Source: an uncultured Pseudomonadales bacterium
GTDB taxonomy: Bacteria; Patescibacteriota; Microgenomatia; UBA1400; PJMF01
Length of the DNA stretch: 64,000 nt
NCBI GenBank assembly: GCA_964620965.1
Contig: CAZUHV010000003.1
Span: 98,093 to 162,092 of the forward strand
Direction: 5' to 3'
In this document: piece after piece, positions 49,222-59,700 of the stretch
Layout of the letters: each line of letters opens with the position of its first letter
Position numbering within the stretch: the first letter of the stretch is position 1
Position numbers and translations under genes: made by a program
The notes under the pieces: generated by a model
Databases searched by the model: none
What the model saw: the letters and a program-made list of their open reading frames with translations, nothing else
What the model was told of the DNA's origin: nothing

Positions 49222-50090
49222 GACCAGAATCTCATTCCAGAAAGTCTATTTCTTTGTTTTTTGTTTGCTTTATACTTCATTGTTTTAAGTTTAAGTCTTT
49301 TTATTTTTTCTAGCTCCTCTTCAAGGTTATTTTGCGTATTTTGAAGAGTTGATATTCTAGAACCTAAGTTTGCCAGATGAGCTTCTTTAATTTTGTGTTG
49401 GAATAAGTTTGACATAATTTGAATTTCAAAGAAATGGAGGATTTTTTCTTTGTCTGGTTCAAATAAAAAATGTTTTTTTTCTGTATTTTTTATTTCTTCG
49501 GAACTGCTGAGATCAAGATCTCCAGAAATTGTTTCAACTTGAGGTTGTTGATCAACTAAAGAAATATAGTATGGGTTGAAAACGTTAATTTTTTCGTAAT
49601 TTAATAAATGCTTTAGCAGCTTAATATTAGACTTGAGGCTCGTATCTTTTTCTGTTAATTCAAAGTATTCATACTTGGTATTTTGAGGAAAAAATTCGTT
49701 AAAAAGTTTTTTTGCAGTAAGTCCAACGATGACAATGTCACTGTCTGTTTCAGAAATTGTGTTTTTGAAAAATTGTAAACTTTTTCTGTTAATGTCGGTA
49801 GAAAATTTAGTTTCAAAAGAAATGAAAACAGCAACACTTTTACCATTTTTTGTGAGGGTAGAGAAACTAATAATTTCTTTATTTTTAGGATTACTTTTTA
49901 TAAATCGTTTTAAATCTTGTTTGAGGTCTATGAAAGTATTCAACAAACCTTGAAAAAAATCACGACTGTTAATTGTTGCGTCACGATTTTGTTTCATCTG
50001 GTAAATGGTGAGTTTTTGATATGCAGAAAAGAAATCGCCAATTGCATTGAGAGAATCTTCTTGTATTTGTAGTTGTTTTACACTTGGCAT
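49218..50090 (-). CDS. atpG: F1 gamma-like subunit, highly divergent
   Basis: Position between alpha and beta, 290 aa, FLFEPD..IL and SRISTLQN..NNL matching the gamma C-terminal helix. Lacks RQA.IT.E. Confidence 0.75.
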   Translation of the reverse strand: MPSVKQLQIQEDSLNAIGDFFSAYQKLTIYQMKQNRDATINSRDFFQGLLNTFIDLKQDLKRFIKSNPKNKEIISFSTLTKNGKSVAVFISFETKFSTDINRKSLQFFKNTISETDSDIVIVGLTAKKLFNEFFPQNTKYEYFELTEKDTSLKSNIKLLKHLLNYEKINVFNPYYISLVDQQPQVETISGDLDLSSSEEIKNTEKKHFLFEPDKEKILHFFEIQIMSNLFQHKIKEAHLANLGSRISTLQNTQNNLEEELEKIKRLKLKTMKYKANKKQRNRLSGMRFWS

Positions 50091-51556
50091 AAATTTAATA
50101 AAACAGATTTTTGAGCTTCGATATTTTTTATAAGTTCCTTAAATGATTTTGAATAGCTGATAAGGTTATCAATTTGCTTTTTTATTTCTTTTTGGCTGAT
50201 ATATTGTTTTTCTAGCTCGAATTTGCATGATGAAACGACATTTTTATGAGTATTTTCAAACCAATTTTGCCAGATCATGGAAAGCAAAATGATCTGCACA
50301 TTGATTGGAAGTCCGTTATTTTCGCTAAAGAAATCGGTAATAAGTTCACCTTTTTGTAGCACTCTTTGGCTTTCTGCACTGATTTCACTGCCTAAATGAG
50401 TAAGGCTCTTTGTTTTTTTGTAACTTGCAAGAAAACTGGTTATCTTAAGATTGATATCACGTTGAACTGGAGTTTGTGTTTGTTTACCAACACGAGTGAC
50501 AGACAGCCCAATGTTTATTGCAGGTCTAACTCCTTGATTGAACAATCTCTGATCAAAGAGGAGATGTCCATCTGTTATAGAAATTAAGTTTGAAGCAATA
50601 AAGTCTGTAAGGTCGCTGTTTGTGGTTCTTACAACAGGAAGACAGGTAAGTGAAACAGATTTATTAGGATCGGTTGGGTGTTGATATGTCCCAGATCTTT
50701 CAAGTAATTGTGCCTGAGAAAAAAAGATATCACCTGGAAACGAGTCTCTTCCTGGAAATTTCTTTGCAAGCAAAGAAATTTCTCTATAAAACTCTGCTTG
50801 TGAAGTCAAATCATCCAGAATTAAAAGAACGTTATTTCCCAAACTTAAAAGGTGCTCTGCAACTGTCATTGCAGCAAATGGAGTAACAACAATAGAGCTA
50901 ATAGAGTCTTTGGGTGTAGAAGCAACAATTGTGATTGAATCCATAACCTTTTTTTCTACAAAAAAATCAAATGCATTTTTAATGTCTGAAGTTTTCTTGG
51001 AAATCATAGCGTACACAACTTTATTTCCACCTTGCGCTTGTTTAACAGCTAAGTTTTTTGCAAAGTTACTTTTACCAGATTTTCTGTCTCCAATGAGGAG
51101 CTCGCGCTGACCTTCACCAATAGGGAGGAGTAGGTCTGTAACACTAAACCCAGTAATAAGTTGTTGTGTTGTCCTTCTTCTTTTAGTGATACTTGGTGGT
51201 TCAGCATACATTTCTTTAAAGATAGTATTTTTTTCTTTCGACTTGTTGATTGTAGTCAAGAGATCTCCTACAGAGTTAAACACAGAGCCTAGTAGTTGTT
51301 GAGTAATTGGGAACGAAAGCTGTTTGTTGGTTCTGTAGAGTCTTTCACCAGTCTTGACTGGATCTTTTGAAAAAACCATAAGTTTGATTGTATCTTGTGT
51401 AAACGAGAGTACCTGTCCAACAGATGCATTCTCGAAAATAACCATCTCGCCTGGATTTATATTAGAAAATCCTTTTGCTGTAACCAAAGGATGATTTACA
51501 GAGGTGACCTCTGCATATTCATTTTTGTTGATTTGATACTGTGCTTCTTGTTTCAT
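50078..51556 (-). CDS. atpA: F1 ATPase alpha-like subunit, divergent
   Basis: PIGEGQRELLIGDRKSGKS, DDLTSQA..YREISLL...PGRDSFPGDIF, ISITDG, RPAINIGLSVTRVG. Confidence 0.9.
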   Translation of the reverse strand: MKQEAQYQINKNEYAEVTSVNHPLVTAKGFSNINPGEMVIFENASVGQVLSFTQDTIKLMVFSKDPVKTGERLYRTNKQLSFPITQQLLGSVFNSVGDLLTTINKSKEKNTIFKEMYAEPPSITKRRRTTQQLITGFSVTDLLLPIGEGQRELLIGDRKSGKSNFAKNLAVKQAQGGNKVVYAMISKKTSDIKNAFDFFVEKKVMDSITIVASTPKDSISSIVVTPFAAMTVAEHLLSLGNNVLLILDDLTSQAEFYREISLLAKKFPGRDSFPGDIFFSQAQLLERSGTYQHPTDPNKSVSLTCLPVVRTTNSDLTDFIASNLISITDGHLLFDQRLFNQGVRPAINIGLSVTRVGKQTQTPVQRDINLKITSFLASYKKTKSLTHLGSEISAESQRVLQKGELITDFFSENNGLPINVQIILLSMIWQNWFENTHKNVVSSCKFELEKQYISQKEIKKQIDNLISYSKSFKELIKNIEAQKSVLLNLCQV

Positions 51557-52011
51557 GTAATGAGTTCTGTTTCTAGTGATTTTTCGTAAATTTTCCCATC
51601 AAACTCTATTTTTAAACCGATTAACTCTGGATTAATTGAATAATCAACAATAATTTGTGAACCATTTTTTTGTTGTAATTTGTTTGCTATTTGTTCGATT
51701 TGGTCTCTGGTTGGTTCGTATCCAAGTGTTAGATGAATAACAGGTATCTTAGAAATGTATGTTCCAACAGAGGCAATGGTTTCGATTAGTTCTTTTGGTG
51801 TCTCAGTGTTTCCAACAATTAGTTCTAGAGGTTTAAAAAACCTCACAGGAACTGTAGTCTTGAGTTTTTTTAAAAACTTTGAGGCATCTTTTGTATAGGC
51901 AGCATCACGAACTATTGAAAGAGAGTCTAAAATCACAGCTCGGTCAGCTGTTGTTACTATGAGTTCACCTGCAAGTTTTTCTAGTTCAGTTGTTGTCATT
52001 TCTATTTCCAA
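51553..52011 (-). CDS. atpH: F1 delta/OSCP-like subunit
   Basis: C-terminal IHLTLGYEP....I..IANKL......IIVDYSINPELIGLKIEFDGKIYEKSL matches the OSCP C-terminal domain. Canonical operon position. Confidence 0.7.
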   Translation of the reverse strand: MEIEMTTTELEKLAGELIVTTADRAVILDSLSIVRDAAYTKDASKFLKKLKTTVPVRFFKPLELIVGNTETPKELIETIASVGTYISKIPVIHLTLGYEPTRDQIEQIANKLQQKNGSQIIVDYSINPELIGLKIEFDGKIYEKSLETELIT

Positions 52012-52622
52012 ATTTCATCAATAATTTGCAGTGTTAGTTCATGTTTTTCAGAGTTTTTTATTGCTTTTCCTAAATATTTTTGTGCAACTTTTGTCACTAA
52101 CTTTTCACTTTCTTGCGCAATCTTTTCTTTTTGTTGGGTTTTAAACTCTTGGATTTCTGTTTTTGTTGTTTGAGCTTCTTTTACAAGTTCGTCTGCGACT
52201 TGTTTTTGTAAAGTTGCTATTGTTTCTTGCAGAGTAGTGCTTAAATTTTTCACTTCTGTTGTTAAGGCTGTAACAAGCTCTTGTGACGAGTGTTGAGCAT
52301 GCTTTTTAAGCAGATCTTTTTGCTGTTCGACGATTTCTTCTGTAATATCATCAACTCTTTGGTGCAGTTTTAATGTAAAGTTTTTAACTTCCGAATGAAC
52401 ATCATGATATTGCTCTAGAGTTTTGAGGATGATTTCTTGAGATTCATCTTTTGTTGCAGAAACAACTTTTTCTAGTTGCTCTTTAATGTGTTTGAACTCA
52501 TTTTTGTATTCTTCATCAATTTTTTCGAGTCTTTTTTTGTCGGACCTGAGTTTATATGCAATTATTAACTCTAGTACGAGTCCTAAGATTACGACAGCGA
52601 GTATGTTATATGTTTGGTCCAT
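52002..52622 (-). CDS. atpF: Fo b-like peripheral stalk subunit
   Basis: Single N-terminal TM, long coiled coil, C-terminal VAQKYLGKAI...LQIIDEI. Canonical operon position. Confidence 0.65.
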   Translation of the reverse strand: MDQTYNILAVVILGLVLELIIAYKLRSDKKRLEKIDEEYKNEFKHIKEQLEKVVSATKDESQEIILKTLEQYHDVHSEVKNFTLKLHQRVDDITEEIVEQQKDLLKKHAQHSSQELVTALTTEVKNLSTTLQETIATLQKQVADELVKEAQTTKTEIQEFKTQQKEKIAQESEKLVTKVAQKYLGKAIKNSEKHELTLQIIDEIWK

Positions 52623-52633
52623 AGTTTCCTTTT

Positions 52634-53482
52634 TTACAGTGACACCACAAAATAGGCACCTGCTATTCCGGCACCAATGATTGTGACACTGATTAATATG
52701 TTAACAAAAATTCCAGTAAGGATGCTACTTTTGGCTAATGGATTTCTTCCCAAAGCCTCAATTCCTTTTTGTGAAGTTCTAGAAAAACTGACAAATGCAA
52801 TGGTGACTGCTGTTAAAAGAATGATCCCTGCAACGACATACTTAAACACTTCTTTTGGATCGTCGATTGCTGCAATTGCACTCAAACTTACTATATCTCG
52901 CAGTCTATTACCAATCGTTTCTGAATCAGGAGTATCTTCTCCAAATGTAAAGTCTTTTGCAATTCTTACGTCAATAAGACCTTTGTCACTTGCAGAATTA
53001 CCATCAAATTCTTGCATGGCAATTCCAAGAGTAAATCCAGATTTAACTGCTTTCATGCCAACCCCAGCAACTGAGGAGGCTGTAATGTAATCGCCTTTTT
53101 CTATTGGCCCACTTTCTCCAGAGACAAGAACAGGCGCTGTTCCAGAACTGACGATTGGGACTTCTCCTTCACTTATATTTTCTGGTTGGGTAAGTGGAAG
53201 GGTATTAATGAACTCAATTTTAGGAAATAAATTGACTGAACCAATAATTGCTCTGTCATAGGCTTCGCTACTCAGTTGATACTGTCCATTTTTATGGGCA
53301 ATAATCATGCCATTTTCTATTTCTTGGCCATCTTGGACAAATATTTCAACAGGGTAGGCAACGCCAAAACTTGTCTCAGTTTCTTGTGCAAACACTGTTG
53401 AAGTGGTGGGCAGTAAAACAACAAGCAACATCAAAGTTGCTGTGATGTTTGTAATTAATTTTGTCACAATTCCATTGTACAT
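52634..53482 (-). CDS. Secreted beta-domain fused to a subunit-c-like helical hairpin
   Basis: Signal peptide (VFA-Q); domain IIGSV...VPIVSSGTAPVLV...GPIEKGDYITAS..AGVGMKA...GIAMQ; C-terminal TM-GIEALGRNPLAK-TM hairpin; occupies the atpE slot. Confidence 0.65.
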   Translation of the reverse strand: MYNGIVTKLITNITATLMLLVVLLPTTSTVFAQETETSFGVAYPVEIFVQDGQEIENGMIIAHKNGQYQLSSEAYDRAIIGSVNLFPKIEFINTLPLTQPENISEGEVPIVSSGTAPVLVSGESGPIEKGDYITASSVAGVGMKAVKSGFTLGIAMQEFDGNSASDKGLIDVRIAKDFTFGEDTPDSETIGNRLRDIVSLSAIAAIDDPKEVFKYVVAGIILLTAVTIAFVSFSRTSQKGIEALGRNPLAKSSILTGIFVNILISVTIIGAGIAGAYFVVSL

Positions 53483-53745
53483 TTTTTTTCTACCAGATGT
53501 AAATACTGGTTTTCCGATTGTTTTGGTATATCAAAGTATATTTTTTTATACCATTAAAATCGATTTTTAATTGAGTACAAAAATTTGTTACTACTTTTTA
53601 AGTTTCCGTTAACTTGAGGAAAATATTGAATAAAAAAAGTATTCATATCACATACTACAATCATATAAAAAATGCTATATGTCAATATTTTTCGCTTATT
53701 CTTCGTCTATATTTTTATTACAAAAATCGGTACTATTAATCTTGT

Positions 53746-56700
53746 ATGTTTAACCAAACAAAAACTCGAGCAAAGGGTAAGGGTCTTTTGTTGCCTATGG
53801 CTTTGTTTTTTGTGGTTTTTATTAGTGTATATTTTTTTAGATTTCCTCTAGAGTCATGGTTCGGTGTAATTAGAACAGAGTCCAACGCTGAAACAATACA
53901 GGATTTAAAAAGCACCGATTCTGAGGGAAAAGTTAAAGGTATTACAACTGAAACTCAAGAAACGCAAGATCTTGTACAAAAACCTCAAGGAGAAGTTAAA
54001 GCAGTTTCAGACGACATTACAGAAAATAGTTTGGTTTTTAGGCTAAAAGTATTTTTCTTAGACACAATAGGGGCAGTTTCAGCTAAATTTGATACAGATT
54101 TAGAAGTTGGGAATGATGTTGTCATTGGCAATGATCTTGATGTGGGTGGGCAGTTAACTCTTGCAGGAGATTTGGTTGCTCCAAATGTTTTGTATTCGCT
54201 TACCGCTGGGACAGGTGTCACTATTAGTGGAGATCAAGAAATTACAATAACGAACGATGATTTAGGTTCTGATCAAGAAATATTCAAAAACTTTAAGATT
54301 GGTGATACGACTATTAGTGCTGGTTCAAATGACGATACATTAACTTGGCAAGGTGGAACAGGTATTTCACTTTCTAGTGATGGAAAAACAGTGACAGTTT
54401 CTGCAAGCGGTTCTGACCTTAATGTATCTGGTTTTACGGATGGGGGAAGTTCAGTATATCTAACGACAAGCACAGATAATGTAGGGATTGGAACCTCAAA
54501 TCCAGGTTATAAATTACATGTTGTTGGAACAAGTTATTTCAGTGGAAACGCTACATTTGCTGGTGGCACAGTAATTTCTTCTGGAATTAATAATTCTTCT
54601 GGAGGAATAACTAATGCTGGTCCGATTACCGGAGCAACAGGGCTTACTTCCTCTGGAACAATTACATTTTCAGGTCTTGGTACTGGCATAGTGCATAGTA
54701 ATGTTAATGGAGTTATTTCTTCTTCTGCACTTAATTTAGCAGGTGGAGGAACAGAAATTACTGGTACTTTGCCTGTTACAAATGGTGGTACAGGACTAAC
54801 TTCTGCAACAACGGGCCAGATTATATATGCATCAGCGGCAAATACTTTTGCGACGCTTGGGATTGGCTCAGAAGGACAAGTCCTTACAGTGAGCAGTGGA
54901 ATTCCTGCATGGGGAAGCTCTGGATCAGGATCTCCTTGTGCAACATGTATTGTTAATAATCCCGGATCAACACAAACAATTACGCCTGCGGCAGCAACGG
55001 CAACAGGTCTAGTAGTCAAACAAGCTACAAGTGGTTCTGTTGATGTATTTAGGATAGAAAGCAATGATGGTTCCAGTACCTTTTTCAAGATTGATTCTTC
55101 TGGAAATGTGACACTTGGTAACCAGACAAGTAGTGGAGTGTTTACTGTTTCTCCAACAAATACAGATCCAATCTCAATTTCTCCAGTTGCTGAAGGTGCA
55201 GGACAGTATACAGGAACAATAACTTCAGAAGATCTTACTGCTGCAAGGACATGGACATTTCCAAATGAATCTGGAATTATTTGTTTAGCCTCTGGAAATT
55301 GTAGCGGAACAGCAGCAGGTGTTGGAGGATCTGGAACAGCTCATTATCTATCAAGATGGAGTAGTACGTATGGACTTACAGATTCTATTATTTATGATTC
55401 TGGCACAAATATTGGAATTGGTTCAACGAGTCCAGGTGCGAAACTAGATCTTGTTGGTACGTTTAATGTAAGTGGATTGGCAACTTTAGCAGATGATCTG
55501 CAAGTAAATAAACATGCAACAATTTCAGGGTCTTTAACTGTAGACCAAACAGTTGATTTTAATTCAACTCTTGGGGTAACTGGAGCAACGACTCTGGGCT
55601 CAACTTTGGATGTAACAGGATTGGCAACGTTTGGTGGGAATGTGGGGATTGGAACAACAAGTCCAAACTATTATCTAGATGTGAGAGGAGCTGGATCAAG
55701 TAGTGCGCGTTTTAATTTTGCTTCAACAGATAGTAGTGCGGCAAAAGTTAGAATTGGTACGACTAATGGGGCATATCACTTTAATGTAAACTCTAGTGGA
55801 GAATTCCAGATAGATAGAGAAAGCGGAAATAGTAGTATCTTTTCGATACAAGGAGATGCTCCTGCAAACTTGTTTAATCTTCAATCTTCTGGCGGTGGAT
55901 TTATTGCGATAGGGGGGGATATTACCCCAAGTACAAAAGTTGGAGATGTTCACCTCGTTGACTCGAATTCTCCATCCTCAACACATGGTTTAGCGTTAGA
56001 TGTTGATTCCACAACAACACAGTCAGTTATTTTCAGAGAAAATAGTAATAATGTTTTTAGATTACGGTCAACTTTGGGAAATGGAACGTATGCAAATAAT
56101 TCTTTGAGTTTTCAAACAGATACTGACTCTGGAAGTGGTGCTACTTATGGTGATTTGTTGACTATTTTGCAGGGGGGAAATATCGGTATAGGAACAAATC
56201 TTCCTACTGCTCGGCTACAAATCGTTGGTGATGAGGTACGAATTGGTGATGCAGGCACAGTTACCTATGCAACAGGAGATGGTGAACTCTATGTAGAAGG
56301 TGATCTGGAGGTTGACGGACAAGTTTATTTAGACGGAAGAATAAATTTGTTGTCTAATGTAGACCAAATAAATAGCTCTAGAGCAACTTTTTATGGATTC
56401 AACCATACAGGTTCTACTCTTATTTACAATACTCAAGGGCAACACTGGTGGAGAACAAATGATCTAACGAGAATGATTCTTGCAAATAATGGGTATTTTG
56501 GGATAGGAGGAAGTACTCCTGTTGGTCTCTTTAATGTTGAAGGAGCAGCAACAGGTAAAGCTCTTGCAATTCTTAATGAGACTGGTGACCAAGATATTTT
56601 TGCAGCTTCTGCTTCTGGAACAAACAGATTTACCATTAAAAACAGTGGTAACGTTGGCATAGGAACAACTAATCCGCTTGCCGCACTACATATTGGACAA

Positions 56701-59700
56701 GGAACGCCAAATGCAATTGATGGAACAAGTGGAGATGATCTTTTTGTAAGAGATGATCTAGAGGTTGATGGTATTAGTACTTTAGGTACGACAACTTTCG
56801 CTGCCGGTACAACAACTTTTAGTAATGGTGTTTTGAGGTTTAACAGTAATGGAGAATATCTTTATCTTCAAAGTCAATCTGATGATGGAATTCATTTTGC
56901 ACTTGGTACCAATGGGTTTGGAAATAACAGTATGGTTATTACAACACAAGCTAATAGATCTGTAGATCATGGACATAATACGTTACAGACTAATCCAACA
57001 GTTTTTATTCATTCAGCAACAGCACCAGGAACAAGTAATCTAGAATGGGGTAGTTTAAGTTTTGAAGGTACGGGATCTGGTGGAGGATATTTTAACTTGG
57101 CTTCTGGAGTTGGTAATTTAGCCTTATCTCCTGCAAGTGGCAACGTAGGGATAGGAACTACTGCTCCAGTACATGCGCTTGAGGTAAATGGGAATGTTGC
57201 CCTAGGCCAATTTTTGTACCATTCAGGAGATACAGATACATATTTCAGATTTGGAACAGATCAATGGCAGATAGCTGCTGGTGGAGCTGGTTTTTTTGAT
57301 TTCAGTGAAGGGGCAACTGATATAGCGACTTTTAACTATAATAATGCAGATATTGACTTTAGTATTAATGGCGACACAAATAATGGAATCTTTTTCGTTG
57401 ATGGAGCTTTAGAGCGCATAGGTATTGGAACTACTACACCAAGTTATACTCTTGATCTTGTTGGAGAATTTAACTTAACGGATGCAATTAGGATAGCTGG
57501 CGATGCTGGTACTTCTGGCTATCTCCTTACCTCCTCTGCTGGAGGAGCTATGACCTGGACAGATCCTACAACTTTAGGATCTGCATTTGGTCACTGGGAA
57601 AATACACTTAATGTTTTACATCCAAAAAATGAGTATGCGGCTGTAGTTGATCTTGCTCTGGGTGGCACGTCCACTGCTTCTGCAAACATTCATCTGCAAT
57701 CTAGTGGACAAGCCTATTTTGGTGGAAATGTTGGAATAGGAACAACAGATCCATCTAATGCAATGGTTGATCTCTATGGGAATCAGATACATCTGTATTT
57801 ACATGATACTTTTGGAACGGGTGCTGTAATTCGTGAAACAGGAGATAATCTTGTTCTTCAGTCTCAGGGAGGAAGTATTTCTGCTTTAACTGGAGCAGCT
57901 GATGGAAGTACAGGTTTTTCATTGATCAACAGTTCAAGTCAAACGGCAATTAGTTTATTAGATAATGGTGGAGCAATCTTTAACGAGCAGGGGAATGACG
58001 CTGATTTTAGAATTGAAGCATCTGGTCAAACTAATGCATTTTTCTTGCAAGGTTCTGATGGTAATATTGGTATTGGTTCTGCAAGTCCAGGTTATAAACT
58101 TGATGTTGTAGGAAGCCTAAGGCTTTCTACTGGTAACACAAACGGGTGGGTTCATACAGACGGAACAGTTCAATTAGCTTCATATTTGGGAGTTAATTAT
58201 GGAAAAATAACAACTTTAGGAAACCACGCATTAAGACTTGGATTTAATAATACTGTTGAAGTGCTTTCTATAAATACAACAGCACATGTTGGTATACAAG
58301 ATGTATCTCCGGAGGCTGTGTTTGAAGTAACAGGAACTGGCACATCTGATGATGAGCTTTTTATGGTAAGTTCCGTTGCGGCAAATGATGGGGATATTTT
58401 TACTGTAAGAAGAAATGGAAATGTCGGTATAGGTTCGACTACCCCAATAGGGAAGTTAAACGTATCAGGAGCAGCAACAGGCAAGGCTTTAACAATTCTT
58501 AATGAAACAGGTGATCAAGCATTTTTAACTGCTTCTGCATCTGGAACTACTAAATTTGTACTAGACAGAGATGGATCAATTTATTGGAGTGAGTATGGTT
58601 GTTCTAATCAAAACTGTATTACTCCGTCAGCAAGACATACTTTTTATGATTACGATATTTATGCACACAATGGGGGAACGATATCGTTAAATGCTGATGG
58701 AGACATTGCTTTAAATGCAGGAGGCAACGTTGGGATAGGCTCAACCTCTCCTGGAGCAAATCTTAATATTTTTCAAAGTAGTCCTACTGCAAACCAGATT
58801 TTATTTCAAATTGGAACAAGTGATTCAGCAACGAGATTTACTGTTGATGAAGATGGAGATGGACACTTTGGAGGTGATGTAGATGCTCGAACTTTTTATG
58901 CAGGTAATGGTGTTGTAACAGGGCCTACACTTTCTTTCTTAAACGACACAAATACAGGAATATATAGACCTGGAGTTGATACATTGGGTTTAGTCACAGG
59001 GGGAGGAGAAAGGTTAACGATCAATGCAGGAGGCAACGTTGGGATAGGCTCAACCTCTCCTGGATTAGCACTAGACGTTGTTGGAAGTGCACGATTTAGT
59101 GCTGTAGGTTCTGGAACATACTCAAATGACCTTAATCTAACTTCCGATGGTACACTTACTACTTCAAGTTCTGATATTAGGTTGAAAGAAAACCTAGTTG
59201 AGCTTACAGACAGTGAAGTTCTTTCTAAAGTTTTGCAGTTGCAAACATACACTTTTGACTGGAAACAAAATGGAGCACATGACTATGGTATGGTTGCTCA
59301 AGAAGTCGCACAGATTTTTCCACAAATTACGTTTACCAATAAAACAGATGGGTTTATGGGAATTAATTACTCGAGAGTTCCAACTTTATTAGTCAGTGCG
59401 GTCCAAGAGCAGCAAAGGCTCATTGATTCACTAAAGCTTCAAGTTGAAGGTATCTCTGGTGCAAATGCTCAATCAGTCGGACAAACTGAGACTAGTACAA
59501 CGCAAACCGGCCAGAACACACAAACAGAAGCAATTACTCTACAAAGTTTAGTTTCAGAATTTGTCTCTTTCCCAGATTCGGTTTGGACATTTGTAAAAGA
59601 GGTTGTGTTTACTGCTCAAACGAAGTTTATGGCAAATGTGAGCTTTATGAAACAGGTAGTGTTTAAAGATGAACTTAAAGTTAATTCAAATACTTCTGGT

